Position numbers and translations under genes: made by a program. Below, in pieces: positions 1 to 13,013 of a stretch of DNA of 64,000 nucleotides. Position 1 is the first letter of the stretch. Every line of letters starts with the position of its first letter. Origin of the DNA: Chiloscyllium plagiosum (taxonomy: Eukaryota); contig NC_057718.1 in NCBI RefSeq assembly GCF_004010195.1, positions 100,197,578 to 100,261,577 of the forward strand, written 5' to 3'. The notes beneath the pieces were generated by a model. The model saw only the letters and a program-made list of their open reading frames with translations. It ran no database searches and had not been told where the DNA came from.

Positions 1-335
1 ACCCCAGTTCCAACCTTCCAGCTCAGCATCATCCTCATGACCTATCCTACCTGCCAATCTCCTTTCCCACCTATCCACTCAACCCTCCTCTCCAACCTAT
101 CACCTCCACCCCCACCCCCAACCACCTATTGTACTCTTTGCTACCTTCTCCAAGCCCCACCAGCCCCTCATTTATCTCTCCACCCTGGAGGCTTCCTGCC
201 TCTATTCCTGATTAAGGGTTTTTGCCCGAAACGTCAATTTTCCTGCCCTCGGATGCTGCCTGACCTGTTGTGGTTTTCCAGCACCGCTCTGATCTAAACT
301 CTGGTTTCCAGCATCTGCACTCCTCACTTTTATCT
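1..335 (+). mobile_element. Penelope-like element 3' end (pLTR plus tail)
   Basis: C-rich 3' region, degenerate hammerhead core ctgatta...gcccgaaacgtc (208-235), then gatgctgcctgacctg...ctcactttt tail. Confidence 0.75.
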
Positions 336-399
336 AGAAGTTTAGAGGTGTCTATGTGAATCCTACTCTACCCCCCATGCTTTAATTTGATCAATATTT

Positions 400-755
400 T
401 ATGCTCATTCATGGGGTGAGAGCATCGCTGGCTGGTCCAGCATTTATTACCCATCCCTAACTGCCCAGAGGACAGCTAAGAGGCAACCACATTGCTGTGG
501 TCTAGAGTCACTTGTAGGTCAGACCAGGTAAGGATGACAGTTTCCTTCCTGAAAGGGCATTAGTGAACTAGATTGTTTTGTTTCCAAGAATGGACAATGG
601 ATTCCTGGTCATCACAGACTCTTGATTCCAGATTTTTATTGAATTCAAATTCCACCATCTGCTGTGGTAGGATTTGAACCCAGGGTCCCCAGAACCTTAC
701 CTGGATCTTGAGGTTAAGAGTGCAGCGATAATACCACTAGGCCATTGCCTCCCCA
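400..755 (-). mobile_element. tRNA-derived SINE family B (other copies ~4176-4500 -, 16160-16470 +, 19800-20170 -, 42397-42750 +, 53225-53540 +, 54380-54670 -, 56815-57165 -, 57245-57585 -)
   Basis: B-box-like gggttcaaatcc head; conserved body ccttacctggtctg...gactc.agac..cagcaatgtggttg; 3' tail gggcaataaatgctggcc shared with a LINE. Confidence 0.75.
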
Positions 756-1058
756 ATATCAGAGGCTTTCATTTAGTCCTAAATAATCCAATCTTCTTCA
801 TACGTCGGTCCTGCAATCCCAGGAGAGTGTTTGAAAAGTCAAGTCTAGAGATGACAAGGCATGGATGAGGATAAAACGGAATGAATTCAGAGAAAGCTGA
901 GCTCCAGCTGGCTCAGCCATTCCATTGGATTGTGGCTGATCTGATTACTCCACATTTCCCCCTGATCCCCCTCCCTCCCGATAACCTTTGACTTCTTCCT
1001 GATCAAATTCTACTCACCTCCGACTTGAATAGATTCAATGATTCTGCTTCCTTGAATC

Positions 1059-1478
1059 CTAGTTTAGGATTATTTTCATTAGAAAGACGGAGGTTGAGGA
1101 GGGAACCTGATTGAGGTCTATAAAATCATGAGAGGTATTGACAGGGTGAATAGCAAGAGGCTTTTTCCCCAGAGTGGGGGACTCAATTACTAGGGCTCAT
1201 GCCAAGTGAGAGGGGAAAAGTTTAAGGGAGAGATGCGTGGAAAGTTCTTTACGCAGTGGTTGGTGGGTGCCTGGAATGCGTTGCCAGTGGGGGTGGTAGA
1301 GGTGGGCACGATAGTGTCATTTAAGATGTATCTAGACAGATACGTGAATGGACAGGGAGCAGAGAGATACAGATCCTTGGAAAATAGGCGACAGGTTTAG
1401 ATAGAGGATCTGGATCGGTGCAGGCTTGGAGGGCCGAAGGGCCTGTTCCTGTGCTGTACTTTTCTTTGTTCTTTGTTC
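1059..1478 (+). mobile_element. CR1/HER1 LINE 3' end
   Basis: [22 protein letters not shown] and FFTQ..VGAWNALP; tail (ttctttg)n. Confidence 0.85.
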
Positions 1479-1999
1479 CACCATCTCTGGGAGAGAGAAG
1501 CCTGTCCCTCTGAGAGATAATGATTCTCCTCCCTGCGACCTTTTCTCTTTACGCACTGATTACTGGTCCCTGATTCTCCCACAAGAGAAATCGTGCTTTC
1601 CACATCCACTCTTTTAAGGCACTGCATGTTTAAACCAATTCTTCGATACTTCAGTGTAAATAAGCCCAACTCTCTGACCTTTCCACATTAGACAACCTGC
1701 CTACTTAATGTAGTGCATCTTCTCTCAACTGCTCACAGTACATTTATTTCTTTCTTATATAAGAACACCGATACTCTGCACAGTACTCCAGATACAGCCC
1801 TGCATAAATTAAGCACAATCTCTTCTTTATTCCACACACAATACTCCAGATGTGGCCTAACTAAAATCTTACACAGCTGCAACAGGACTTAAATATGCCA
1901 ACCAATGAAGGCAAGCACGCGATATGCCTTCATTACCACCTCAACACTATGTGCTGCAACTTTCAGGGAGCTATGGACTTGTGCCCCAAGATCCCTCTG

Positions 2000-4683
2000 T
2001 ACCTATTATTATTTGCTGTAGTTGTAAACTAATCCTTTGTGATTGAAGCACTTATTGCCTTGGCCAAGCAATCAGATGCTTTCTCCAATACCTCCTCATG
2101 TGCCTCCATTCAAAACCTTCCTGTTTAACATCCCATGACATTACATTGTTGTGGGAACTGTGCATCGATGTACCTTGTTGTTATCAATTTGCCTTTTCTG
2201 TTTTCTTTGGGGTTCAGAGTGAATCTCAGTTGCAAGCCAAGGCTCTTAATGCCAGTGAGGCTGGAAATGGAGCTGCGCTCAGTTTCTTAGACAGACTTTC
2301 CTTCAGACATTCCACATGCTTTAATGAAATTCCTTGCATCATTTCTTTAATGCACACGGCTTTGTTCAGAAAGGAGAGTTGCTGTTGCTTAATATTATGC
2401 TACATCTCACAGTCTGTATATCAGCATAGCTTTAAGGGACCAGCTCAAAGGATCATCACTGTATCACAGCTGGTGACCTGAGGAGATAACGGCCTCCACA
2501 CTCCATCTTGCCTCAGATCACTTGAAGCATGACTCTCCACTAAGAGCCTGCTTTTCTGTTATAACCTATTAACTTAATATTATCCCAGACACTTAGGAAT
2601 CTGAGATTGGAATGTTTGTATTTAATAGTTAGCAGTAATAAACTTCTGTTGGATTCTTCAATAGTTCTGAAGAAATCATATTGGGCTCAACTTTGATCCA
2701 GTCTCCCTGGATGTTGCCAGATCTGCTGAGCTTCTCCAGCTTCTTCATTTCAGGTTTCCCACATCCGCAGTATTTTGCTTTTATCGCCATGATGTCCATG
2801 TCCAGTTTCTTTTGACAACATAAGCACCGCTGTATCAGATATAATACCCTACTGGAAGCTAAATCATCTCACTGAGCATGATGATTTTGTAATTCTATTC
2901 CCTTATACAAATGCTGTCCTGATGTTTCCATTACCATGTTTCTAGTTTGAATTGTAGTATGTCAGAGGTCACACGACACCAGGTTACAGTCCAACAGGGT
3001 TTATTTGAAATCACAAGTTTATGGAGCGCTGCCCCTTCATCGGCTGAAGTGACACCTGAATAATTTATCCAAGTAGCAAACAGCATTAGATAAATCACCA
3101 AATCGTAGCCGCCAGTGATGACCCATCACCACCTCCTCAGCAGGAGTTTGTCCCCACCGTTGTGTCTTGGTTGTGGTCATGTGAGTAGCACTTCTGTCTC
3201 CATGTCAGACTCATGTCTCACTCGCAGCAGTAACTAGGTCTGAAAATCCAATGCAGTGCTGGTGGGGGGAGCGGGGGGGGAGTGCTGCACTGTCAGAGGT
3301 TCTGCCTTTCCCAGGTGTGGTGTTAAACCCTGCTGCCAAACCTACTCTCCGGGAAGGATGGGAAATATCCTGCATTTTGAAGAACCAGGATATACTGGTC
3401 AATATTTATCATTTGATTGACATGACTGTAATTAATCCCTTCACTGCCATCACATTGCTGCCAGTGGGAGCTCACTTCCACATCCTACAGCATAACAATG
3501 GTCACACATTTAAGGGTAATTCATTGCTGTGCCATGCTCTGGATCATCTTGAGTTCAGGAAATTTGAGGCGTTGGAGGGGGAGCACCGTGCAAACGCAAT
3601 CCATTCCTAATTCTACTACAAACAATGCTGCCGATGCAACATCCTTAACAAACTGCCCCAAAGTTTCGTTGATAATGTTACCAATTACCATTAATTTCAA
3701 GAGGGCTAGAATACAACAGCAGGGATGTACTGCTGAGGCTGCATAAGGATCTGGTCAGACTGTATTTGGAATATTGTGAGCAGTTTTGGCCCCTGTATTC
3801 AACAAAGAGTGTGATGTCCTGCTAGGGCCCAGAGAAGGTTTACAGGAATGATCCTGGGGATAAAGGGCTTGTCATAGGAGTTGAGAAGGATGAGGGGAGA
3901 TCTGATTGAAACCCACAGAATACTGAGCAGCCTGGATAGCGTGGACACAGAGAAAGTGTTTCCACCAATAGGAGAGACTAGGACCTGAGGGCACAGCCTC
4001 ACAGTGAAGGGACGACCCTTTAGAACTGAGATGAAGAGGAATTTGAATCTGAGGAACGCATGCCACAGAGGGATGTGGAGCCCAAGTCATTGAGTGTACT
4101 GAAGACAGAGATAGATACGTGCTTGATTAGTAAGGGGATCGAGAGTTATGGGGAGAAGGTGGTTGGGAAGCATGTTTTTTATTCATTCACAGGAGAGGGT
4201 GTCACTTGCTAGCCCAGTACTTATTGCCCATTCCTAATTGTCCAGAGGGCAGTTAAGAGCCAACCACATTGCTGTAGGTCTGGACTCACATGTCGGCCAG
4301 ACCAGGTAAGGATGGCAGATTTCCTTCCCTGAAAATCATTAGTGAACCAGAGGGGTTTTTCCAACCATCAGCAATAGGTGCATGGTCACCATTAGACCCT
4401 GAATTACAGATTCTTTACCATCGGATTCAAATTTCACCATCTGCAGTGGTGGGATTTAAACCAAGGTCCTCTCAAAATTGACAGTACCACACGGTCATCA
4501 CCTCTCCTCACAAGGGGAGCCACGATTGAATGGTGAAGTAGACTTGATGGGCCGAATGGCCTAATTCTGCTTCTATATCTTACGGTCTTATAGATAAATG
4601 CCCTGAATGCAGAGCTAACACTTCCAGAACTGAACCAGTGACCAGTGTGCAACACATCAGATCCTTTGCCTGTGTCAGAATCC
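2000..4683 (-). pseudogene. Pseudo-exon Q / terminal exon remnants, fragmented by repeats
   Basis: ctgttttctttattcag|G then DSDTGKGSDVLHTGHWFSSGSVSSAFRAFI. After a CR1 (3697-4590) it resumes LMVIGNIINETLGQFVKDVASAALFVVELGMDCVCTVLP. Further protein-like islands at ~3060-3175 and ~2000-2600; 3' end uncertain. Confidence 0.5.
3697..4590 (+). mobile_element. CR1 LINE 3' fragment, split by SINE B
   Basis: LVR..LEYCEQFWPL motif and CR1 3' UTR gggccgaatggcctaattctgct. Confidence 0.75.
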
Positions 4684-4792
4684 CTGAATAAAGAAAACAG
4701 AGGGTCCTCAATGACTATAAAAAGCTGCACACGCTGAATAGTTTGAGAGAAACAGAGAATGCTGCTTGGCATCTGCTTAAGCTGGAGCTGAC

Positions 4793-5127
4793 CTGTATAA
4801 ATATTTAATTGCCTGTGCTGAAAGCACAATACTGTTTCCATCACAAAGCCCACTCGAAAATAATTGCAGATGGAGAAGGTTCATCAGAGATGGGTGAAAT
4901 AATGACTCAGTCTGTTTAATAAACCAGAACTCTGAAGGCAGAACTGCAGACATGCCCCTCCCAACTGTTATATCATCATTAAAGACCGTGTGAGAGGTTG
5001 AGGTGTTGCATTTGCCTTGGACTCAAGATGCAATCCTTTGATATGCTCAAATGTGGAAGATTCCCTCTGGAGAGAGGCAAACCATTTGGAAAATTGTATC
5101 ATGAGTGCAGATGGACTTATTTCAGTC
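4793..5127 (-). pseudogene. Pseudo-exon P, 3' part (5' part broken up by repeats, possibly reaching ~7283)
   Basis: Reads ...TVFNDDITVGRGMSAVLPSEFWFIKQTESLFHPSLMNLLHLQLFSSGLCDGNSIVLSAQAIKYLY plus AG|gtcagc; a 109-bp intron follows. Confidence 0.6.
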
Positions 5128-5862
5128 ATTGAGTCATACAGCGCAGAAACAGACCCTTTGGTCCAACCAGTCCATCCTGAATATAATCCCAAACTAAACT
5201 AGTCCCATCTGCCTGCTCCTGGCCCATCTCCCTCCAAGGTTTTCCTATCCATGAACTTATCCAAATGTCTTTTAAATGTAACTGTGCCTGCAACCACCAC
5301 TTCCTCAGGAGGTTCATTCCACAGACAAACCACCCTCTGTATAAAACAATTTCACCTCATGTCATTTTTAAATCTCTCTCCTCTCACCTTAAAAATGTGC
5401 CCCCTAGTCTTGTAATCCCCATCCTAGGGGAAAAACCAACCACCATTAATCCTATCTGTACCCCTCATCATTTCATAAACTTCCAGAAGGCTGCTCTCAA
5501 CCTCTTACGTTCCAGTGAAAAATTTTCCAGCCTATCCAGCCTTTCCTAATAACCTAAACCTTCCATACCCAGTCACATCCTCATAAATCTCTTCTGAACT
5601 CTTTATAGCTTCATAATATCCTTCCTATAACAGGGAGACCAGAATTGGACACAGTACTTCAGAAGAGGCCTCACCAACGTCCTGTACAACCTCAACATGA
5701 TGTCCCAAATCCTATACTCACAGGTCTGAGCAATGAAGGCAAGCGTGCCAAACACCTTCTTAATCACTCTGTCTGCACATGACGCAAACTTCAAAGAACT
5801 ATGTACCTGAAACCCAAAAAGTCTCTGCTTTCCAATACCACTCAAGGCCCTATCGCAATCCT
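5128..5862 (-). mobile_element. CR1/HER1 LINE 3' fragment
   Basis: ORF track: LYRTLVRPLLKYCVQFWSPCYRKD. Confidence 0.85.
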
Positions 5863-5870
5863 TTGTTAGC

Positions 5871-6729
5871 AAGTTTTGAGAAGAGTTGTGGCTCAGGTTG
5901 AGGTTCTGGATGTAGGTTTGCTCACTGAGCTGGAAGGTTCATTTTCAGACATTTTGTCACCATACTAGGAAACATCTTCAGTAATCCTCCAGACAAAGCA
6001 CTACTGATGATTCCTGCTTTCTATTTATATGTTTGGGTATCTTTGGTTAGGTGATGTCATTTCCTGTGATGATGTCATTTCCTGCTCTTTTTCTCAGGGG
6101 TGATAAATGGGGTCAAAGTCAATGTGTTTGTTGGCAGAGTTCAGGTTGGAATGCCATGTTTCTAGGAATTCTTGTGCGTGTCTCTGGCTTGTCCTAGGAT
6201 GGATGTGTTGTCCCAGTCGAAGTGGTGTCCTTCCTTATCTCAATGTAAGGATATTAGTGAAAGAGGGTCATGTTGTTTTGTGGCTAGTTGATGTTCATGT
6301 ATCCTGGTGGCTAGTTTTCTACCTGTTTGTCCAGTGTGGTGTTTGTTACTGTTCTTGCATGAATGATATTAGTTTTGCTTGTTGTCTGTATAGGGTCTTT
6401 CAAGTTCATTAGCTGCTGTTTTATTGTGTTGGTGGGTTTGTGGGCTACCATGATGCCAAGGGGTCTGAGTAGACTGGCAGTCTTTTCTGAGATGTCTTTG
6501 ATGTAGGGGAGAGTGGCTAGGGTTTCTGGACGTGTTTTGTCTGCTTGTTTGGGTGGCTCGGACCAAATATTGAACTACAGAAGCAATCATCCTAACGTCT
6601 ACAAACGGAGCTGCATCAGAACATTATTTCAATGAGCCACCACACACTGCAGCACAGAGGAACTATGCAGAGCAGAGGAAAATCACCTATAAAGTGTATT
6701 CAGAAAGAATGGGTACCCAATGAACACAG
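5871..6729 (-). mobile_element. Penelope element fragment with GIY-YIG endonuclease; 5' piece (6560-6729) inverted
   Basis: Minus strand: LPYIKDISEKTASLLRPLGIMVAHKPTNT...GQTGRKLATRIHEH...HHFDWDNTSILG...EFLETWHS. Plus strand 6560-6729: DQILNYRSNHP..KRSCIRTLF..ATTHCS...VFRKNGYP (RT thumb/linker). Confidence 0.85.
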
Positions 6730-7564
6730 CTGAAAAATGTGTTGCTGGAAAAGCACAGCAGGTCAACCAGCATCAAAGGAGCAGGAGAATCGATGTTTCG
6801 GGCATAATTGACTGGCTATTGGTATTATTCTGAAGGACGTGCTAGCCAGCTATCTAGGCGAAAGTGAGGACTGCAGATGCTGGAGATCAGAGTCTAGATT
6901 AGAGTGATGCTGGAAAAGCACAGCAGGTCAGGCAGCATCCGAGGAGCAGGGGAATCAACGTTTCGGGCGAAAGCCATTCATCAGGAATGANNNNNNTACA
7001 GGTAGCCAGCTACCTGTCTGAACTAATCCACCCCGTGTTTCGGGGGTAGGAAGAGTTTTTGTGTGGCTGATGTTGACCTTGCTCAGCAAACAGAGAGAGA
7101 GACTGCGTTCTGAAGAATCGTACTGGGCGTAAAACATTAACCCTGTTTTTCTCCCTCCACAGACACTGCCAGAGCTGCTGAGTTGCTCTAGGAGTTTCTC
7201 TCTTTAGTTCAGATTTTCAGCATCCACGTGATTTTGCCTTTAGCAGTCAGTCAAGGAGGTTGTATTGCAGCTCCATTGGTATTACTGTGCTCCTGGAATT
7301 TACTTTAAACTGATAATTAGCGCAGGAAAAACTTCTTTAGTTTTCTTTTGATATTTCAAAGGGATTAAGCATATAAATGGGCTCTGTTTGTGCTTTTGGT
7401 TAGGGGGATGGTTAGCTCAGTTGGCTGGATGGCTGGTTTGAGATGCCAACAGTGTGGCCTCCATTCCTGCACCAGCTGAGTTTACCCTGAAGGGTTCTTA
7501 TTCTCAACCTCTCCCCTCCCCTCATCTAAGACGTTGTGACCCTCAGGTTAAACTACTACCAATC

Positions 7565-7762
7565 CTCTCTCTGTCTCTCTCTCTCTGTCTCTCTCTCTGT
7601 CTGGCTCTCTCTCTCTGTCTGGCTCTCTCTCTCTGTCTGGCTCTCTCCTGTCTGTCTCTCTGTCTGTCTCTCTGTCTGTCTCTCTGGCTCTCTCTCTCTC
7701 TGGCTCTCTCTCTCTCTGGCTCTCTCTCTCTCTGGCTCTCTCTCTCTCTGGCTCTCTCTCCC
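7565..7762. repeat. (CT)n-type compound microsatellite (ctggctctctctctct units)
   Basis: Visible directly in the sequence. Confidence 0.95.
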
Positions 7763-7971
7763 TCTATAATGATGGACCAGTCATGATTAAAAAAACCTGG
7801 AGCAGTACATTAAGCAAAAAGACAGTTTACATTTGATCCCGAGTGACCAGTGGGAATGCAGCACAAACCCCTTTGTTGGCTTGAACAACAGGCACATTTC
7901 TCTGACAACTCACAGACACAGATATAAACCTTCAATAACACAGCACTCCAAGTGGACTGTGCACTAGGCAT

Positions 7972-8643
7972 TGTGATGATGCTGCTCCTTTAACAAGGTT
8001 ATGTTGTCCTTGGCTCTCTTTTTCAGAGAGTTCGTAAAAGCAATGATTTGGAAAAGTCTGATTTGGATGGGTCTTACAGCCAGTTTGATTACAGCTAACA
8101 GATACGACCGGAGGCAAAATGCTTTCAAGATTTTAGAGTAAACACTTGGACAATGGAAGGGGAGTGGCCAGTTCTCCCAGCTCAGCTTTTCTCTGGTTTG
8201 GGTTGGTTTGGTTTTTAGCTGTTCACTGAAAGGAGAGTCAATCAGTATGAGGCTACTGGTTCAGGAACTAGCTACATGGAAGAGGGTGTTCCATGCTAAA
8301 TCTCTTTGCCATCTCTCTCTCCCCTGTAAAACCCTGTGTTTGATTTTATCTTTTGTGCCAAGGGGTGTTTACGGGGATTATTGCAAGAATTTGGAACAAC
8401 ATCATTAAGTTGGATGGCCTGTTGGGCTTTCGGGTAGGTTAAGTTATTTGGTATTCTGTTGTCTATAGTTGTGTTGATTTGGTAATCTTGTAAATAGGTT
8501 CTGTTTTGCTTGAAACGAAATGGTTTGACCAGCTGCATCCCCCTTGGAGTATCCACCTTACACCTGCTTCAAACAACAAGCAAAGTTAGAGTCTGACCTC
8601 CCTTCTTGAAATGTTTTGAGGGGGTCTGGCCTGGTCCGTAATA
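7972..8643 (+). mobile_element. Solo LTR (Ty3/Gypsy-like)
   Basis: Starts tgtgatga, ends ccgtaata (degenerate TG...CA); flanks ggcat/agcat as TSD; aataaa-like signal near 8491. Confidence 0.6.
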
Positions 8644-8745
8644 AGCATCATCACACACCCTTTCCATTTTGGGGACTGGTGTTTCGAGCAGGAGTAAGCT
8701 GGTGGTGGGACAGGTGACTTTACTTTTTAACATCTGCTTTGAAAC

Positions 8746-9057
8746 GGGGTGGCACAGTGGTTAGCACTGCTGCCTCACAGCACCAGAGACCCGGGTTCAA
8801 TTCCCGCCTCGGGCAACTGTCTGTGTGGAGTTTGCACATTCTCCCCGTGTCTGCGTGGGTTTCCTCCGGGTGCTCCGGTTTCCTCCCACAGTCCAAAAAT
8901 GTGCAGGTTAAGTGAATTGGCCATGCTAAATTGCCCGTAGTGTTAGGTGAAGGGGTAAATGTAGGGGAATGGGTCTGGGTGGGTTGCGCTTCGGCAGGTC
9001 GGTGTGGATTTGTTGGGCTGAAGGGCCTGTTTCCACACTGTAAGTAATCTAATCTAA
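8746..9057 (+). mobile_element. HE1 (V-SINE) shark tRNA SINE (other copies 24040-24323 -, 24800-25026 -, 29515-29797 +, 37125-37405 -, 44256-44597 +, 47720-48025 +, 48460-48612 - truncated)
   Basis: A/B boxes ggcacagtggttagcactgctgcctcacag..gggttcaattccc; V-domain gtgtggagtttgcacattctccccgtgtctgcgtgggtttcctccggg; CR1-like tail and (tctaa)n. Confidence 0.9.
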
Positions 9058-10212
9058 GAAACGGAGTTTGAGATTCATGCACCACCCACCTCTCCCCCTG
9101 CACCCCCCCACCAAAGAGATTACGTGGAAAAGCACAGTATATTCAATTCAGGCAAAAGTGAAGAATTCTCAGCTCAACTGCAGGTTTACTGCATTCACTG
9201 AAGAGCGAGCAATGCCTCTCTCTGATGGTGAAGCTCCATTTACAGACATGGTCCTCAGTAATGAACCCCAACCACACACCCCCCCCCCCACTAACCCTGA
9301 TTCCCATCCCCACCGCTCCCCCAGGGACACAGTGAACAAACGTGACAGCGTACACTTGATTGGCCTAACCTGTGGGAATGCTGCACAAACCTCTTCATTG
9401 ACCTGGACAGCAGGCACATTTCTCCCACACCTCTCACTCACAGATATAAACATTCAATAACAAGAGAACTGCTTGCTCAGCGCCTTCACACACTCCTTCC
9501 TTTCCATTTTGGGGCCTACAGGGAAGGCTTTGCAAGAAGGAGTTGACCAAATTGATGGCTCTTCGGTCACAATTATTCACATTTTAAATCAGCTACTCAG
9601 ATGCTGGACTGGAGAATTCCCACCCCAAATTTCACTGCCTGTGTACATCCCTCTCTCCTCCTTTAAGACACTCCTTAATACATATCTCTTTGATCGTGTC
9701 CCTGGTCTAATATCTCTCTTTGTAGCTTTGTGTTAAATTTTGTTAACATTCCTGTGAAACGTCACAGGACAATTGGTTATCTTGAAAGTGCGATATAAGC
9801 ACAAGTTGTTGCAACTGATTTGAAGGCAATCTGAACATTTTGGACCCCCACTTTACACAGTTGGAGCTAAGTTCTCAGGTTGTTGTCTTGGGATTTCTCA
9901 ACTTCAAGCCATGCTATTACAATTCTCTGGATTGTAATTCTGGAAATTCCATATGCTCGAAGCTTGTTGAGGTTTGGGGAAGCACTCTTGCTGGTGGTGG
10001 TGAGTTCAAATCCCACAGCAAAGACTCTAACATCACCGTAACCGCTCCAGTGCAGTACAGTTGGGATGCTACACTGTTGGAGGTGTCTGTGCTATGTTGC
10101 AACCGCTCTCTCCATCTGCACTCTGAGGTGGATGTAAAACATCCCATGGTGCTCTTTGATGTCCTAGCCATTGGTTATTGCTCAATCAAAATCATCAATC
10201 ATCGCTCTTAGT

Positions 10213-10970
10213 GCAAGATCCTGCATATACAACCAGGCCCTCTACGCCACCAAATGCTGCCCTTGAAGTGGTTGTGGGGGCGAGTGTAGAGACTGTCACA
10301 CATCTCCTTCTAGAATGTGCCTTTGCAGAGCAAGTCTGGAATAAGAAGCAGTAATGTCTGTTGAGGTTCATCCTGAGCAGCTCCGTGAGGAGGGACTCTG
10401 TTCCCCGTGACGCACACCGATAGAAACACCAACTGCACGTGGAGGATCATCAACACTGTGAAAGATGCTCTTTGGTCTGCCCGAAACGTGTTGGTCTTCT
10501 AGAGCAAGGGGTCAATCTAGACTGAGTGTTGCAGACTGTCACATTCCAAGTAAAAAATAAAAGCAAATTACTGCGGATGCTGGAATCTGAAACCAGAAGA
10601 GAGAATGCTGGAAAATCTCAGCAGGTCTGGTAGCATCTGTAAGGAGAGAAAAGAGCTGATGTTTCGAGTCTAACTGACCTTTTGTCATAGCTAAAAAAAA
10701 AAGGTTCAAGACTATGTGCTGAGGGACACACTACCACCAAGGCACAGTGGAGAAAGACAACTGTCAGAGGATATCCTGCCAAAGTACGATGGGTGTCCAT
10801 TCAGTTATTGGACCCTCTCGGTGCCGCAAATATATGTAAGTCTAGTCTTGTCTAAGTAAGAGATGCCTTGAGCTGTTTTGCTGCATAGAATCAAACTCCA
10901 ATATTTGTTTGTTTTCTTCATATGCTACTGTACAGAACCAAAATGCTTGAGTGACTATGCCTGCGTAATA
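10213..10970 (+). mobile_element. Tx1/L1-clade LINE 3' end, interrupted by a PLE fragment (10552-10692)
   Basis: C-terminal zinc knuckle CP..GCGG..ETVTHLLLECAFAEQVW and WRIINTVKDALWSARN.LVF. Confidence 0.75.
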
Positions 10971-11172
10971 TTTTGAAATAATAGAAAGTGTGAGCTTGCT
11001 GTGTGCAAATTGGCTGCTGTTGTAATTTCTACATTACATTTGGAAGGCACTCCTTTGTCTGTAGAGTATGCAGAAATATCTGAGATTGTGGAAATTCAAT
11101 TCTTTATGTAATATCAACCCCGATCATAGGTGTCACCCTGTTGCAACATCACACACATATAGATTCACTTGC

Positions 11173-11409
11173 CTGATATAAGACGAACACTTGTTAAGGG
11201 GAGCAGAATCTATTGTAAATCAAAGATTCTCTGAGTTTGCACTTCTCCGAAGTTGTCCAAAGCTGTACTGTTGTAAACACTTTTGAGTTGTGACCAGATT
11301 TCCTATCGGACTGCTGTAATGTTCCTCAATATATCTTTCTCTCTTTTTCGAATGTGTTGCTAAGTTAGCGAGCTGTCACCTTACAATGATTAATACCAGA
11401 TCGTTCTTC
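11173..11409 (-). pseudogene. Pseudo-exon O (237 bp, GC donor)
   Basis: gtgcag|GA...CAG|gcaagt. Reads RTIWY*SL*GDSSLT*QHIRKREKDILRNITAVR*EIWSQLKSVYNSTALDNFGEVQTQRIFDLQ*ILLPLTSVRLIS. Confidence 0.65.
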
Positions 11410-11637
11410 CTGCACCCACCAGCAGTGAGAATGAGACAAGTGCATTCACTTTATTAGCAGGTCATGCTCTGCAGGACTCCAATTAATCTATTGTCACACT
11501 TAAAATAGATTCATGCAGTCATTCCAGCACAGGAGGAGGCCACTCAGTCTATCAAGTCCATGCTGGTTCTCCTAAGAACAGGATTATTCAAACTTTTCAT
11601 ACCAGGAACTACATTTCTTTATGTTTGCACATTAGCA

Positions 11638-11935
11638 CGTGTGTGTGTGTGTGTGTGTGTTTGCATTTATGTCTCTGTGTCTGTGTGAGAGTGTCTGTGT
11701 GCATTTATGTCAGTGTGTGTGCCTGTGTGTCTGTGTGAGAGTGTTTCTGTGTGTGTGAGAGTGTGTGTGTACGTGTGTGTGTGTCTGAGCATCTGTTGTG
11801 TGTACACCTGTGTGTATCTGTGCATGTATGTGTGTATGTGCCTCTGTGTGTGTGTCTGTGTGTGTGTATATGTCCTACCCTCTCTCTCACACACACACAA
11901 TCTTTCCCTCTCTATCACACGCACACACTCCCTCA
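11638..11935. repeat. (TG)n/(CA)n imperfect microsatellite, possibly inside a hAT-type MITE (~11580-12087)
   Basis: Repeat is directly visible. Flanks caggattattcaaactt and gtttggtcaacccag resemble degenerate hAT TIRs (weak). Confidence 0.85.
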
Positions 11936-13013
11936 CTCACTCTTGCACATTGTCTGGTGAGGCTACCAGCTGCAAACATTGGGGTGAAATGATCTGAAGG
12001 AGCATCTCCTTCCACTGCCTGGCCCCCAGGTCAGATAGAGGACCCAGGCCAGATTCTGACCCTTGCATAGGAGTTTGGTCAACCCAGCAATCCAGTCACT
12101 CACATTAGCCCACTCAATCCCCTCAGCCCAGCAAGTTTATTACCCTCGTGACTTTCAAAGTTATTGAACATCTCCACTTCCAGAATTCTCATTAACAGTG
12201 AGTCCAAGGTCACAAACGTTCTTCCTTACATACCCCTCTCCCACCCCATCCCTGTAGTTGTAACCCATGACTAGCTATCGCACCTGTAAAAAAACAACCT
12301 TTTTTTTGTCTTTCTTATTTAAACATCTATCAAACCTTCCCTTAGGATCGTTTGCCATAAGGAGAACATCCCAGCTCCTCCAAACTAACTAGCTAAAATC
12401 CATCCTTGTCGGAACCATCTCAGCTAAATTTCCACTAATGATTCTCAAAGACATTTACATCCCTTCAAAGTGGGATGACCATGACTGTATACAATAGCGC
12501 AATTCCGGCCTGACCAGTGCTTTATTAAAAGTTCAGTTTGACATGCTTGCTTTATTTGGGGAGCCCAACATCTCAAACGTTTTATCATCTCTCTCACAAC
12601 ATTCCTATCATCCTCAAGGTTCTGGGTCCATCTGTCCCTTCACACACTTGTGAATTGTGTTGTGAAATCCAAAGTGTCCCCTTCCTATACTTTCTACAAA
12701 TGATTTGTAAAATACACTCAAAGAAGTGAAGATTTTCCACTGAAACAAAACGGTATACTTTTGTGATTAGGAAGAGACGGATGTGGGTGTCATCAGCTGG
12801 ACCACCATTTCTTGACCAGCTCCAGTTGCCCTTGGAGAAGGTGGGGGTGAGCTGCCTTCTGGAACCACTGCTATCCATGTGCTTTGATAGACACGCAATA
12901 GAGAGGGAATTCCAGGATTTTGACCCAGCGACAGTGAAGGAACAGCAATATGTTCCCAAGTCAGGATGGTCAGTGGCTCAGGGGGAACTTTCAGGAGGTG
13001 AGGTTCCCATGTA

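Noticed and set aside
775..870. Apparent acceptor plus short ORF LDFSNTLLG
   Set aside because: Matches the L2 LINE RT C-terminal motif LIHA.V.SRLD.SN.LL; a repeat fragment.
7454..7786. Leu/Ser-rich ORFs (also Cys/Val/His/Thr ORFs at 11667-11997)
   Set aside because: Translations of microsatellites.
8746..8820. tRNA genes
   Set aside because: The A/B-box segments are SINE heads followed by SINE bodies, with no complete cloverleaf.
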